Assembly (NCBI GenBank): GCA_966211455.1
Contig: CBIHNI010000009.1
Location: forward strand, 115,576 to 179,575
Direction: 5' to 3'
Source of the DNA: an uncultured Bdellovibrio sp.
GTDB lineage: Bacteria > Bdellovibrionota > Bdellovibrionia > Bdellovibrionales > Bdellovibrionaceae
Length of the DNA: 64,000 nt
Every line of letters begins with the position of its first letter. Positions within the stretch are counted from its first letter, which is position 1. A program made the position numbers and the translations under genes. Below, in pieces: positions 52,384 through 63,134 of the stretch. A model generated the notes under the pieces. That model had not been told where the DNA came from and did no database searches. It was given only the letters and a program-made list of their open reading frames with translations.

Positions 52384-53499
52384 TTAGTGACTCGTATTGA
52401 TCGTCAACAAACCAATCACGGGCGACCTCATTCGATTAGCATCAGATTGCGGGAAAATATCCGATGCTCCATAAAGATTTGCGATTTCTTGATTAAGCTT
52501 AGGCAAATCTAAAAGATGCTCGGCCCAGTTTCCCGTTAAAGGGTCACATGTATTTGTCGGGAATTTAGGATCAACGAAGCTGAGGTTCTCGTTGGCCACC
52601 AATTGATCTAGCTTTTGCAAAATTAAAGGACAGATCAACCCTCTTGTCCGAGTCGCCATCGAATGGATTGCAGATGGGGGAACTGAAATATTTCTCTCTT
52701 TTAGGGCCTGTGCGATAAAGCTTTCACGAATGCCATGGTAAGACTTCAAAGAATCACGTTCTTTATGTCCCCACACTTTCGGCCGATCTTGCTCTTCTAC
52801 TTGCAGATGCAAAGCGCTCAGTTCGCGCACAATCTTTGGATTAAACGAGTTTGCGGCCGAACCCATAAAAATGCGTCCGTTTTCTTCCATCGCACGTTGC
52901 AGGGTTTGATAGAAAGATTCGGGATCATAAATATGCTCGATCACGTCATAAGAAGCGACGATCGAAAAAAGAATTTTCTTATCGTGAGCCGCCTTCACAA
53001 CAGCGTCCGTGTCACCACAAATAATTCCAACCGGACGATACCCCAACGCCTTCGACACCACTGTAAAATCTTGGCAAGAAACCTCGTAAATATCGTTGTA
53101 GAAAACATTCTTTAGCCCCATTTCCATCGCCAGCATGGAAATCAAACCCGTGCCACCGCCATACTCTAAGAAATAGACATCACTGTGAATCTCCATGCTA
53201 TCAGTCGCATATTCCATAACGAAATTCAGTTTCGTCAGACAGGTGTGCAGGCTACTTTGAATTCCGCTCAAATAACGTTTCGAGTATTCTGAGATTGGCA
53301 AAGATGTTACATCCAAAACGCTCAGTTTTTTCAGCAATCGTTCGGAAGCCTTCATGATCTCTTTTCTATGTGCTTCGGTGCCTCCGGCTGGCAGGCTCTT
53401 CAGATATCGAAAAATCTGCGCATAAACCGGCAAAGGCAGTTGATTCAGGGATTTTTTCGCAAGACCCTTAGCCGTTTTTTTGAAAAATTGCAGGGCCAT
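52384..53499 (-). CDS. Class I SAM-dependent methyltransferase with ~110-aa N-terminal extension
   Basis: 371 aa from the ATG at 53499, in a TAATG overlap with the neuA-like stop. LEYGGGTGLISMLAMEMG (motif I), ASYDVIEHI. Confidence 0.75.
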   Translation of the reverse strand: MALQFFKKTAKGLAKKSLNQLPLPVYAQIFRYLKSLPAGGTEAHRKEIMKASERLLKKLSVLDVTSLPISEYSKRYLSGIQSSLHTCLTKLNFVMEYATDSMEIHSDVYFLEYGGGTGLISMLAMEMGLKNVFYNDIYEVSCQDFTVVSKALGYRPVGIICGDTDAVVKAAHDKKILFSIVASYDVIEHIYDPESFYQTLQRAMEENGRIFMGSAANSFNPKIVRELSALHLQVEEQDRPKVWGHKERDSLKSYHGIRESFIAQALKERNISVPPSAIHSMATRTRGLICPLILQKLDQLVANENLSFVDPKFPTNTCDPLTGNWAEHLLDLPKLNQEIANLYGASDIFPQSDANRMRSPVIGLLTINTSH

Positions 53500-54182
53500 T
53501 ACGAAACTCCTTCGTGTTTTTGCATTTTCAGCAAGCCTTCGCAAATCACCCAATCCGCAGGCTCATCAATTTCAAATCCCGACACCTCGGGCATCTCGTA
53601 AAGACCGATTTTCCCGCTCAGACGATTTTTCGATTTTAAAATATCGCCGACAGAGCTCATATAGAAAGCGCCGTTTTCCATAAAAAGCCCATCGAAATCC
53701 TGCCGACGTGGGCGTTTTTGGAAGTCGTAATTCAACGGTTTCCCGTCAGCAGTCCAAAAAAATCTTTTCGTACGCACGACCGATAAAATGCTATCGGCTT
53801 TTTCCTCTTCCAAAAGGTGCAAAGCTCCAGCCAAATCTTCGGCTCGCAAAAAAGGATTGGTCGCTTGGATCAAAATGAATAGATCTTCACTTTGCAATTC
53901 CGCTTTTCCCAGATACTCCAACATGACACTTTCGGTTGAGGATGTATTCTGTGCATTCAAAGCATCGCGTTTATAGATTTTAACTTTCGAACTTTTAAGA
54001 TCACGAGCGACTTTTTCAATGTCATCACTATCAGTCGCAATGACGATTTCATCGATTAGCGGACACTTCTCAGCCGCTTCCATTGTCCAGTAGAGCAATG
54101 GTTTACCGGCAAGAGGTTTAATATTCTTGCCCGGAATGGACTGGCTCCCTCCACGCACTGGGATAAAAGCCACTCGTTTCAT
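53499..54182 (-). CDS. Acylneuraminate (NulO) cytidylyltransferase, NeuA-like
   Basis: 227 aa. AFIPVRGGSQSIPGKNIKPLAGKPLL, LIQATNPF. The ATG directly abuts the neuB-like stop. Confidence 0.88.
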   Translation of the reverse strand: MKRVAFIPVRGGSQSIPGKNIKPLAGKPLLYWTMEAAEKCPLIDEIVIATDSDDIEKVARDLKSSKVKIYKRDALNAQNTSSTESVMLEYLGKAELQSEDLFILIQATNPFLRAEDLAGALHLLEEEKADSILSVVRTKRFFWTADGKPLNYDFQKRPRRQDFDGLFMENGAFYMSSVGDILKSKNRLSGKIGLYEMPEVSGFEIDEPADWVICEGLLKMQKHEGVS

Positions 54183-55121
54183 TTAGCGGTCTCGGTATTT
54201 CAGCTTGTCGCGCTGAACTTGTTCGATCGGTAGAATTTCGGTTTTCTTGAAATTCAAAGCTTTATAAGTCGCATTCACGTCTCGGCAAAGCTTCTGCAGT
54301 CCAGCTGGCTCCAATGAAGCCGCATGGTCAGTTCCCTTCCAAGTGCGATCTTTCGTAAAGTGACGCTCGATCCAGCGTGAGCCCAAAGTGTAGGCCGCAA
54401 TATCAATCGCGATACCCAAATGGTGACCCGAAAACGCAATATCTCTCACTCGAGATTCAAAGCGATCTTGGATTTTGGTGATTTCCAGCAAACAAACATC
54501 TTCAAACGGAACTGGATATCCCGAAGTGCACGAATACAGAACGACTCGGTCCGCTTGTTTTTTATCTTCAAAGAATTTCACGATCTGTTCTTGTTCAGCT
54601 GTGGTCGTCATTCCCAAAGAAATGTGCACTTCGCCTTTGTACTGATCGCGCAGAACTTCCAGCATTTTGAAATGGTTGTTACATGCCGATGGGACCTTGA
54701 TGAATTCAGGATCCAAAGAGATCGTCTCTTTCGCCGAAGTCACATCCCAAACCGAAGTCGCCCAAACGATACCGATCGATTCGCAATACTTTTTCAGCTG
54801 CGCGTGTTGATCGATATTCAATTCCAAAAATTCACGGTGAGCACCATAAGTCGCACCGTAAGCGTTGGCTGGATTTGGGTGAGGAGCATTGTACTGCTCT
54901 TCGGTCAGCAATTCTTTTGGAGTGCGCTTTTGAAATTTAGCTGCGTAGGCACCGCAATCTTTCGAAAGTTTGATCAATTCTTTGGCGATTTCAAATTCGC
55001 CTTTGTGATTGCAGCCGATTTCCGAGATCACTCGGGGTTGCTGATATTTTCTCATATAGCCCGCGCTTTCAGTCTTGTTAAAAGAGTTTTCTACTCTGCC
55101 AAAGATAGAATGAGGATTCAT
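54183..55121 (-). CDS. NeuB-family sugar-PEP condensing synthase lacking the C-terminal SAF domain
   Basis: 312 aa from the ATG at 55121, in an ATGA overlap with the galE stop. VISEIGCNHKGEFEIAKELIKLSKDCGAYAAKFQKR, KVPSACNN, FSGHHLG, ERHFT. The protein ends about 35 aa after the TIM-barrel core. Confidence 0.82.
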   Translation of the reverse strand: MNPHSIFGRVENSFNKTESAGYMRKYQQPRVISEIGCNHKGEFEIAKELIKLSKDCGAYAAKFQKRTPKELLTEEQYNAPHPNPANAYGATYGAHREFLELNIDQHAQLKKYCESIGIVWATSVWDVTSAKETISLDPEFIKVPSACNNHFKMLEVLRDQYKGEVHISLGMTTTAEQEQIVKFFEDKKQADRVVLYSCTSGYPVPFEDVCLLEITKIQDRFESRVRDIAFSGHHLGIAIDIAAYTLGSRWIERHFTKDRTWKGTDHAASLEPAGLQKLCRDVNATYKALNFKKTEILPIEQVQRDKLKYRDR

Positions 55122-56104
55122 TTTGCATTGCGCAAGGATTTCATTTCCCATTGGTATGCCGTCCGACAAATCAGCTCCAGATTGTCGCGTTTCGGGCTCC
55201 ATTTGAGAATACGTTTCACCTTGTCGTTCGAAGCTACGACCTGCGGCAAATCCCCAGGCCGCCGGGCTTCAAGTTTCACCTCGAAATCCTGGCCACTGAC
55301 CTTTTTCATCACGTCGATCACCTGCCGCACAGAAAAACCGTGCCCATAGCCACAATTCATCAATTCCGAGCTGCCGCCTTTTTCAAGGTGGTGAAGAGCT
55401 GCTGTATGAACATCGGCTAAATCGTCGACATGGATAAAATCCCGCACCCCTGTCCCATCTGCCGTCGGATAATCCGTTCCAAAAATCGACAGGGACTTTA
55501 GCTTTCCTGCCGCCGTCAGCGCGGCTCGTTTGATCAGAACAGAGCCTTCATTGCCATGCTGACCACGCAGGCCTTGCTCGTTGGCACCTGCCACATTGAA
55601 GTAACGAAGAATTATGTACTTATAATTCAAAGATTGGGCGCAGTCCTGAATCACCTTTTCGCTCATCAGCTTTGAACGCCCATACGGAGTCAGCGGGTTG
55701 GTGACTGAACCTTCTGTCACCAGCTCCATTCCTGGATCCTGGTACACGGCTGCCGTCGATGAAAAAACGAAATATCGAACGCCTGATTTCTGGCAGGACT
55801 CCAGCAAATTCACCGTTCCCTGGAAGTTATTTTCGTAGTACTTTTCGGGAACTTTGAGAGATTCGGCCACATTGGTGAATGCTGCAAAATGCATGACACC
55901 TTCAATTTCATTTTCATTCAAAATTTCGCGCACCAATTGAATATCACGAACATCGCCTTCAAAAAGCTTCGCTTTCGAATGAACCAGATCACGATGGCCC
56001 GTCGAGAAATTATCTAAAATGAAAACCTGATCACCACGTTGAACCAATGCATCGACCGCATGCGAGCCGATATAACCTGCGCCACCGGTAACAAGAATTC
56101 TCAC
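55118..56104 (-). CDS. galE: UDP-glucose 4-epimerase
   Basis: 328 aa from the GTG at 56104, in a GTGA overlap with the rfbC stop. This gives (M)RILVTGGAGYIGSH. YGRSKLMSE, NVAGA. Confidence 0.9.
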   Translation of the reverse strand: MRILVTGGAGYIGSHAVDALVQRGDQVFILDNFSTGHRDLVHSKAKLFEGDVRDIQLVREILNENEIEGVMHFAAFTNVAESLKVPEKYYENNFQGTVNLLESCQKSGVRYFVFSSTAAVYQDPGMELVTEGSVTNPLTPYGRSKLMSEKVIQDCAQSLNYKYIILRYFNVAGANEQGLRGQHGNEGSVLIKRAALTAAGKLKSLSIFGTDYPTADGTGVRDFIHVDDLADVHTAALHHLEKGGSSELMNCGYGHGFSVRQVIDVMKKVSGQDFEVKLEARRPGDLPQVVASNDKVKRILKWSPKRDNLELICRTAYQWEMKSLRNAK

Positions 56105-56664
56105 GACCCACTCCACTTAAATTTTGGATCTTGAGCATACTGAGCAAGGCTCTGCATTTCTGCATCCTTCGGACTCACGATTGGGTCTTGATATGGCCAC
56201 TCGATTTGCAAGGCTGGGTCCGACCAGCGAATGCCAGACTCTCCCTTGCCATTGTATTCAGATGTGCACTTGTAAAGAAGATCAGCACTTTGAGACAGAA
56301 CTGCAAAACCATGGGCAAAACCTGGGGGGATCCAAAACCACTGCGGCTTTGCTCCATCCAACTCGACATGAATGGACTTTCCAAAGGTCGGAGACCCTTG
56401 CCTTACATCGACGGCCACATCAAAGATACGACCGTTTGCGCATGTCACAAGCTTTCCCTGTGGTTGATCCCACTGATAATGAAGACCACGAAGCACTTTT
56501 TCGCTCGATCTCGAGAAATTGTCCTGCACGAACTGGGTCGGCAATCCAGCTTCCTGAAAAACTGATTGCTTATAACGCTCGACAAAGAAGCCCCTCGAAT
56601 CCGGAAAACTTCTCAACGTAATGAGCTTCAAGCCCGTAATAGGAAATGTTTCGATTTGCAGCAT
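56101..56664 (-). CDS. rfbC: dTDP-4-dehydrorhamnose 3,5-epimerase
   Basis: 187 aa. DSRGFFVERY, LRGLHYQ, FWIPPGFAHGF. Confidence 0.93.
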   Translation of the reverse strand: MLQIETFPITGLKLITLRSFPDSRGFFVERYKQSVFQEAGLPTQFVQDNFSRSSEKVLRGLHYQWDQPQGKLVTCANGRIFDVAVDVRQGSPTFGKSIHVELDGAKPQWFWIPPGFAHGFAVLSQSADLLYKCTSEYNGKGESGIRWSDPALQIEWPYQDPIVSPKDAEMQSLAQYAQDPKFKWSGS

Positions 56665-56715
56665 ATCGGCCTCAAATCTAGGTCAGCCCCACCGAAAGTG
56701 CAAGGCGCCGCGAGC

Positions 56716-57609
56716 CTAGCCTTGTGAATTGCTGCGGATGCGTTTTAGGCAAAGACTCACGGACTCTTGCCATGATGGCAGCTGCAAACCAAAGATCTTC
56801 GAAAGCTTGTCTTGGTTGAGCCGCGAATTGTGCGGACGATGGGCCGGTGTCGGATAGTCCGAAGTCGGGATCCCCTCCACCTTTTCCACAGCCACCGAAT
56901 AATTCAGGGCGCGAGCTTCAGCAAAAATTCCTTCGGCGAAACCAGCCCAGCTAACAAAACCCTGTCCGGCCATGTGATACACGCCGGATGCAAATTTCTC
57001 CCCAGCCTTCACGCGTTCGATAATTTTCCAAACAGCCTCGGCAATCGCCGGCGCATAGGTCGGCCCGCCCACTTGGTCATTTACGACCCGCATGGTGGCC
57101 CGATCCCGACCGTAGCGAAGCATGGTCTTCAAAAAATTTTTTCCGTATTCCGAATACACCCAGGACGTTCTGAAAATAAAATGCCGACAGCCCGAAGCAT
57201 AAATTGCTTCGTCACCATGAAGCTTGGTTTCACCGTACCAGTTGCAAGGAGCCTTGGGCGAATCCTCGGCCCATGGCTTCGAACCTTCGCCCGAATAGAC
57301 ATAATCCGACGAGAAATGAATCATCAGCGCGCCATTGGTCCCGCACCATCTGGCAATCGCCTGCGGTGCTTTGGCGTTCAGGCTTTCAGCAAGATCACGG
57401 TCTTCTTCAGCTTTGTCGACTTGGGTGTAGGCCGAGCACACGACAACAATTTCCGGCCCATACTTATCCAGAAAACCTGCAAGCTTTGCAGGCTCTTCAA
57501 AATTAGCTTCGTGACTGGAAACATAAACCGTCTGCCCTTCGTATTGCGAAGGCATCATGGCTTGAAAAGATTGAGCAAGCTGTCCGCTTTTACCGAAAAC
57601 TAAAATCAT
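56716..57609 (-). CDS. rfbD: dTDP-4-dehydrorhamnose reductase
   Basis: 297 aa. ILVFGKSGQLAQ, CSAYTQVDKAE, YGETKLHGD, RTSWVYSEYGKNFLKTM. Confidence 0.92.
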   Translation of the reverse strand: MILVFGKSGQLAQSFQAMMPSQYEGQTVYVSSHEANFEEPAKLAGFLDKYGPEIVVVCSAYTQVDKAEEDRDLAESLNAKAPQAIARWCGTNGALMIHFSSDYVYSGEGSKPWAEDSPKAPCNWYGETKLHGDEAIYASGCRHFIFRTSWVYSEYGKNFLKTMLRYGRDRATMRVVNDQVGGPTYAPAIAEAVWKIIERVKAGEKFASGVYHMAGQGFVSWAGFAEGIFAEARALNYSVAVEKVEGIPTSDYPTPAHRPHNSRLNQDKLSKIFGLQLPSWQESVSLCLKRIRSNSQG

Positions 57610-57610
57610 C

Positions 57611-60600
57611 TTAGAAGATTAAATTCGAAAGCCACTTTTCAATCAACTGCCGAGACACTTGCTTGCGCCGAGCCAAGTCCTGCACCTGATCTTCGCCGAT
57701 TTTTCCCACATGGAAATAACGGCTGGCCGGATGGAAGAAGTAATAGCCCGACACCGAGCTCCCCGGCGTCATCGCATAATTTTCGGTCAGCTTCACGCCC
57801 GTGCGTTTTTCCGCATCCAGAAGCTTCCACAGCTTTTCTTTTTCACTGTGGTCCGGGCATGCCGGATATCCCGGCGCCGGACGGATGCCCTGGTATTTCT
57901 CGTCGATCAGGTCCTGAGCGCTGAGATTTTCATTTTGACCAAAGCCCATCCATTCACGCATGCGTTTATGGCAAGCTTCAGCCAAAGCTTCGGCAATGCG
58001 ATCGCCCAAGGCCTTGGTGATCAACGAACTGTAATCGTCATGTTGTTTTTCAAATTTCAAAGCGAGCTCTTCAACCTGCGCACCGGCGGTGACGACAAAG
58101 GCCCCCATCCAGTCTTTTTGGCCACTGGTTTCGGGCGCCACAAAATCTGCCAGGCAGCGATAAAATCCGCCAACGGCCTCTTTCTCGCGCTGCTGACGAA
58201 GGAAACACAACGTTTCAAGCTCCTTGCCTTGCGCATCGCGGATCACGACATCATCGTCATGCACCTGATTGGCCTGCCAGACTCCGACCGTTGCTTTTGG
58301 CGAGAACAGTTTCTCGTCGACAACTTTCTTCAAAAGTTTCTGCGCATCTTGGAACAGTTGGGTCGCTTGCACACCGTATTTTTGATGGCCGAGGATTCCG
58401 GGATAAAGACCTTTCAGATCCCATGCCCAGAAAAACGGTGACCAGTCGATATAAGGAGTGATTTCTTCCAGAGAAAATTTCCAATCAAAAACACCAGCCG
58501 CTTGTGGCTTCCAAGCGATTGGCGCCTTCCAATCAACAGCCGACTTCTGCTCGCGAGCTTTTTCCAGTGTCACAACAGGAGATTCTGTCTTCTGTGCCAA
58601 GTGACGCTCTTTCAAGCCTTGGTACTGCTCTTTGATTTCCAAAGTGTACTTGTCTTTTTCTTTGGCGTTTTGCAGTTTCCCCATGACTTCGGTGACAAGC
58701 GAAGCATCTGCAACATGCACCACCGCACCCGAATAATGTTCTGCAATCTTCACCGCCGTGTGCAGCTTCGAAGTCGTGGCTCCACCGACAAGCACTGGGA
58801 TCTTCATGCCAAGCTTTTCAAACTCTTTCATATTGAATATCATTTCATCCAATGACGGCGTGATCAGACCCGAAAGGCCGATCGCGTCCACACCATGTTC
58901 TTGCGCTTTTTTGATAATATCGTGGCAAGAGACCATCACGCCCATGTCAATCACTTGATAGCCATTGCAGGCCAAGACGACTGATACGATATTTTTTCCA
59001 ATATCGTGAACGTCACCTTTCACTGTTGCCAGCAGCACGCGGCCCTGACTTGCGGCTTTCGATTTGTCCGCCAGCATATAAGGCTCAAGCACGGCGACCG
59101 CTTTTTTCATCACGCGCGCGCTTTTCACCACCTGGGGTAGGAACATCTTTCCCTGACCGAAAAGCTCGCCCACCACTTTCATACCGGCCATCAAAGGGCC
59201 TTCGATCACCGCCAGTGGTGACTGCAGCTGCTGATAGGCTTCCAGTGCATCCTTTTCGATATGCTCGTCGATTCCTTTGATCAATGCGTGCGTGATTCGT
59301 TCTTGCAAAGGCAGCTTCAACCACTGATCGGTTTCTTTGGCGACCTGGGTTTTCCCCATGGATTTAAACTGCTCGGCCATTTCGATCAGTTTTTCAGTGG
59401 ATTCCGGATTGCGATTTAAAATGACATCTTCGCAAAGCTCTTTCAGCTTCGGATCGATTTCTTCGTAGATCTCGATCATGCCGGCATTGACGATGGCCAT
59501 ATCCAGCCCCGCCTTGATTGCATGATGCAAGAAGATCGAATGCATCGCTTCGCGCACGCGATCGTTTCCGCGGAACGAAAAAGAAAGGTTCGAAAGCCCA
59601 CCGCTGGTCAAAGCTCCTGGGCATTCGGCTTTGATCTTTTTGACCGCTTCGATAAAATAGACGCCATATGGATTGTGCTCTTCCATACCGGTTGCGATCG
59701 CCAAGATATTCGCATCAAAAATCAAATCACCTGGATGAAATCCAAGCTCGTTCACCCAGATATTGTAGGCCCGTTTGCAAATTCTAATTTTATCTTCGAC
59801 CGTCACAGCTTGGCCTTGTTCATCAAAAGCCATCACCACCGCAGCGGCTCCGTAACGATTGACAAGCTCGGCTTGGCGCTTAAAGACCTCAGGTCCTTCT
59901 TTCAGAGAGATCGAATTGACGACCGCCTTGCCTTGCACGCACTGAAGACCCGCTTCGATCACATCCCATTTGGACGAGTCGATCATAAATGGCACGCGTG
60001 AAATATCCGGCTCGCTGGCCAAAAGATTCAGGAAATGAGTCATCTCCTCTTTCGAATCCAACATGCCTTCATCAAGATTGATATCGATAATATTGGCACC
60101 GTTTTCAACTTGCCCACGCGCGATTGTCAGCGCATCGGAATAGCGCTTTTCTTGAATGGCCTTGGCAAATTTTTTCGATCCCGTCACATTTGTGCGCTCG
60201 CCGACGAACAGAAAGGGTCGTTCGCTTCCACTCTGAAAGCTTAAAGCTTCCAACCCAGAGACGGCAAAAGCCATGGGCGTTGTCGGGACTTTTCGCGCCG
60301 GCAATGCCTTCAAACCATCGACAAGTGCCTTGATATGCTCCGGGGTCGTTCCGCAACAACCACCAACGACGTTCAAAAGCCCGTCCTTCGCATATTTTTT
60401 CATTTCAAATGCCAGCATCTCGGGGGTTTCATCATAGCCCGTTGGCGCCAGCGGATTTGGCAAACCGGCATTGGGATAACAACTGACAAAAGTATCCGAA
60501 ATGCGCGAAAGCTCGGCCAAGAATGGACGCATCTCTTTCGCTCCCAAAGCGCAGTTCATACCGACACTCAAAGGCTTCGAATGTTTCACCGAATTCCAGA

Positions 60601-61300
60601 AGGCACCGGTGTTCTGACCGGACAGAGTTCGTCCTGAAAGATCGGTGATCGTCACCGAAATCATCAGCGGAATGCGCTCACCACGCTCTTGCTCGATTTT
60701 TTGAATCGCCCAAAGTGCGGCTTTCAAATTCAAAGTATCAAACACCGTTTCCGGCAAAAGAATATCCGCGCCACCATCCAGCAAAGCTCTTACTTGTTCT
60801 TCGTAAGCATCTGCCAGCTCTTGAAAGGCAATCGCCCGGAAAGCCGGATTGTTCACCTCTGGCGAAAGGCTTAAGGTTTTATTGGTTGGCCCCAATGCGC
60901 CTGCCACATAGGCTTTGCGACCGGTTTTTTGAAACAAAGCTTCGCATTCCAATTTCGCCAAGCGCGCCGCTTCGAAATTGATTTGCTTCACATACTTTTC
61001 AAGGCCGTATTCTTTTTGCGCGACCGTCGTGCCGTTGAAGGTATTGGTCTCGATGATATCGGCGCCGGCTTCCAGATACTGACGGTGGACTTCACGAACC
61101 ACGTCTGGCTTCGTCAAACAAAGCAGATCATTGTTACCTTTGAGATCGATTTTCGAATCTTGAAAAATCGTCCCGCGATAGTCGGCCTCTTGCAGTTTGT
61201 ACTGCTGAATCATGGTGCCCATGGCGCCATCGATAAAAAGAATTCTTTCGGCAAGGGCTTTTTCCAGCTCTTGCCATAGAGCCGACTTCTTCAACAGCAT
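57611..61300 (-). CDS. metH: Cobalamin-dependent methionine synthase
   Basis: 1229 aa with the full architecture: Hcy-binding domain ([24 protein letters not shown]), pterin-binding domain, B12 cap plus [11 protein letters not shown] (DxHxxG), and the AdoMet activation domain ([12 protein letters not shown]). Confidence 0.97.
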   Translation of the reverse strand: MLLKKSALWQELEKALAERILFIDGAMGTMIQQYKLQEADYRGTIFQDSKIDLKGNNDLLCLTKPDVVREVHRQYLEAGADIIETNTFNGTTVAQKEYGLEKYVKQINFEAARLAKLECEALFQKTGRKAYVAGALGPTNKTLSLSPEVNNPAFRAIAFQELADAYEEQVRALLDGGADILLPETVFDTLNLKAALWAIQKIEQERGERIPLMISVTITDLSGRTLSGQNTGAFWNSVKHSKPLSVGMNCALGAKEMRPFLAELSRISDTFVSCYPNAGLPNPLAPTGYDETPEMLAFEMKKYAKDGLLNVVGGCCGTTPEHIKALVDGLKALPARKVPTTPMAFAVSGLEALSFQSGSERPFLFVGERTNVTGSKKFAKAIQEKRYSDALTIARGQVENGANIIDINLDEGMLDSKEEMTHFLNLLASEPDISRVPFMIDSSKWDVIEAGLQCVQGKAVVNSISLKEGPEVFKRQAELVNRYGAAAVVMAFDEQGQAVTVEDKIRICKRAYNIWVNELGFHPGDLIFDANILAIATGMEEHNPYGVYFIEAVKKIKAECPGALTSGGLSNLSFSFRGNDRVREAMHSIFLHHAIKAGLDMAIVNAGMIEIYEEIDPKLKELCEDVILNRNPESTEKLIEMAEQFKSMGKTQVAKETDQWLKLPLQERITHALIKGIDEHIEKDALEAYQQLQSPLAVIEGPLMAGMKVVGELFGQGKMFLPQVVKSARVMKKAVAVLEPYMLADKSKAASQGRVLLATVKGDVHDIGKNIVSVVLACNGYQVIDMGVMVSCHDIIKKAQEHGVDAIGLSGLITPSLDEMIFNMKEFEKLGMKIPVLVGGATTSKLHTAVKIAEHYSGAVVHVADASLVTEVMGKLQNAKEKDKYTLEIKEQYQGLKERHLAQKTESPVVTLEKAREQKSAVDWKAPIAWKPQAAGVFDWKFSLEEITPYIDWSPFFWAWDLKGLYPGILGHQKYGVQATQLFQDAQKLLKKVVDEKLFSPKATVGVWQANQVHDDDVVIRDAQGKELETLCFLRQQREKEAVGGFYRCLADFVAPETSGQKDWMGAFVVTAGAQVEELALKFEKQHDDYSSLITKALGDRIAEALAEACHKRMREWMGFGQNENLSAQDLIDEKYQGIRPAPGYPACPDHSEKEKLWKLLDAEKRTGVKLTENYAMTPGSSVSGYYFFHPASRYFHVGKIGEDQVQDLARRKQVSRQLIEKWLSNLIF

Positions 61301-61309
61301 GGTGCGACC

Positions 61310-62254
61310 TTATTTGAATTTGCGAACGACATCGACAACCAAATCCGTGTCATTCATCACATAAAAATGGACGCAAGGAGCTTTTTGAGCCAATAAACCT
61401 TCAACCTGTTTCATCGCCCAACGTTTACCAATTTCACTGGCCAAACTTGGATGCTTTAAAACGTCATCCGAAAGCTCAACCGGAATATCGACGTAGAAAT
61501 TTTTCGGTATCGATTTCAACTGCTCAGCTGATTTTAAAATTTTAATGCCGGGAACAATTGGAACATCAATATCAGCCTTTCGGCACTGATCCACAAAGTC
61601 GAAATATTTCACATTATCAAAGAACATTTGGGTCACGATATAGTCTGCGCCCGCTTCAACCTTTTGCTTCAGATAATCAATGTCAACTTTCATGTTTGGC
61701 GCTTCGAAATGTTTTTCTGGATAGCCCGCTACGCCAATTCCAAAGTCCATCTTTGCCGTCTCCGACATTTCTTCCAAATACTGCCCGCGCTTTAAGTCAG
61801 AAATCTGCAACACCAGATCTTTGGCATATTTGTTTGATGTGCGGTCTTTTGAAATTGCCTTTTGAAAATTGAGATAATCCCCACGCAACGCCAAAACATT
61901 ATTGATCCCTAAATAACTCAGTTCAATCAAAGCATCTTCGGTCTCTTCACGTGTAAAGCCCTGACAAAGAATGTGCGCGACCGTATCAATATGAAAGCGA
62001 TTCTGAATAATTCCACAAATACCCATTGTGCCGGGCCGCTTTTTCACGATCCGACGTTTGATACTTCCGTCATCCATCTCGTTGTAGAATGCGACGGACG
62101 AGTGAGCTGTCACATCGATCCACGGTGGATTGAGCGGCGCCAATTGCTCCACAACCTCAATCAAGTCATTCACGCTTCGTCCGCGCGGAGGGGGAACAAT
62201 TTCATAACTGAACAAAGGAGCTTTCGCCCCTTGCAAATGCTCGATGACTTTCAT
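61310..62254 (-). CDS. metF: 5,10-methylenetetrahydrofolate reductase
   Basis: 314 aa. FSYEIVPP, NVLALRGD, GVAGYPEKH, ADYIVTQMFFD. Confidence 0.9.
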   Translation of the reverse strand: MKVIEHLQGAKAPLFSYEIVPPPRGRSVNDLIEVVEQLAPLNPPWIDVTAHSSVAFYNEMDDGSIKRRIVKKRPGTMGICGIIQNRFHIDTVAHILCQGFTREETEDALIELSYLGINNVLALRGDYLNFQKAISKDRTSNKYAKDLVLQISDLKRGQYLEEMSETAKMDFGIGVAGYPEKHFEAPNMKVDIDYLKQKVEAGADYIVTQMFFDNVKYFDFVDQCRKADIDVPIVPGIKILKSAEQLKSIPKNFYVDIPVELSDDVLKHPSLASEIGKRWAMKQVEGLLAQKAPCVHFYVMNDTDLVVDVVRKFK

Positions 62255-62255
62255 T

Positions 62256-63134
62256 TTATAGCTGCTCGTACTTCAAAAGGTTTTTCAAATACAAACCATA
62301 ACCTGAAGCAGGGTAACTTTCAGCAATTTGTTGCAAATGTTGTCGACTGATAAACCCGCGGAGGTAAGCGATCTCTTCAAGACATGCGATCTTCAGACCT
62401 TGGCGTTGCTCGATCGTCTGGACGAATTGCGAAGAAGCCAGTAAAGATTCGTGCGTGCCTGTATCAAGCCATGCCACGCCCCGACCTAAAGTTTCTACTC
62501 GAAGTTCTTTCGCTTCCAGATAGCGACGGTTCAGATCGGTGATCTCAAGCTCACCGCGCTTCGAAGGCTTCAACTGTTTCGCGTATTCGACAACTCTATC
62601 GTCATAAACATACAATCCCGTAACAGCCCAGTTGGATTTCGGCTTCAATGGTTTTTCTTCGATCGACAAAGCCTGATGTTTGGCATCCAGCTCGACCACG
62701 CCATATCGTTCCGGATCTTGTACATGATAGGCAAATACAGTCGCACCTTTTTCCAGCTCACAGGCTCTCTGCAGCTGCTGGGGCACATCGTGGCCATAGA
62801 ATAAATTATCGCCCAAAATCAGGCAAACGCGATCGTTGCTAATAAATTTCTCGCCCAGCAAAAAGGCTTGCGCGATACCTTCAGGCTTCGCTTGCTCTTG
62901 AAACGAAAATTGAACACCAAACTGCGAGCCATCACCCATCAAATCGCGAATCATTGGCAAATCCCGAGGCGTACTGATAATCAGAATTTCGCGGATCCCC
63001 GCCAGCATCAAAATCGAAATTGGATAATAGATCGTGGGCTTATCATACACCGGCAGCAACTGTTTGCTGACAGTTTTAGTGCTTGGATAAAGTCGGGTGC
63101 CACTGCCCCCCGCAAGAACAATTCCCTTCATCAT
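62256..63134 (-). CDS. rfbA: Glucose-1-phosphate thymidylyltransferase
   Basis: 292 aa. [55 protein letters not shown]. Confidence 0.95.
   Translation of the reverse strand: MMKGIVLAGGSGTRLYPSTKTVSKQLLPVYDKPTIYYPISILMLAGIREILIISTPRDLPMIRDLMGDGSQFGVQFSFQEQAKPEGIAQAFLLGEKFISNDRVCLILGDNLFYGHDVPQQLQRACELEKGATVFAYHVQDPERYGVVELDAKHQALSIEEKPLKPKSNWAVTGLYVYDDRVVEYAKQLKPSKRGELEITDLNRRYLEAKELRVETLGRGVAWLDTGTHESLLASSQFVQTIEQRQGLKIACLEEIAYLRGFISRQHLQQIAESYPASGYGLYLKNLLKYEQL

Noticed and set aside
54420-55349. 309-aa ORF on the plus strand
   Set aside because: It is antisense to the NeuB-like and galE genes, both of which have clear family motifs and translational coupling. It is a shadow ORF.
56812-57603. 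263-aa ORF on the plus strand
   Set aside because: It is antisense to rfbD, which has an unambiguous identity, and it has no recognisable motifs.
57659-58441. 260-aa plus-strand ORF, with several further 60-160-aa ORFs across 58502-61279
   Set aside because: All are antisense shadows inside the 3.7-kb metH gene.
61300-62256. SAM or B12 riboswitch, or a separate promoter, upstream of metF/metH
   Set aside because: The intergenic gaps are only 1 and 9 nt, which leaves no space for an RNA element.
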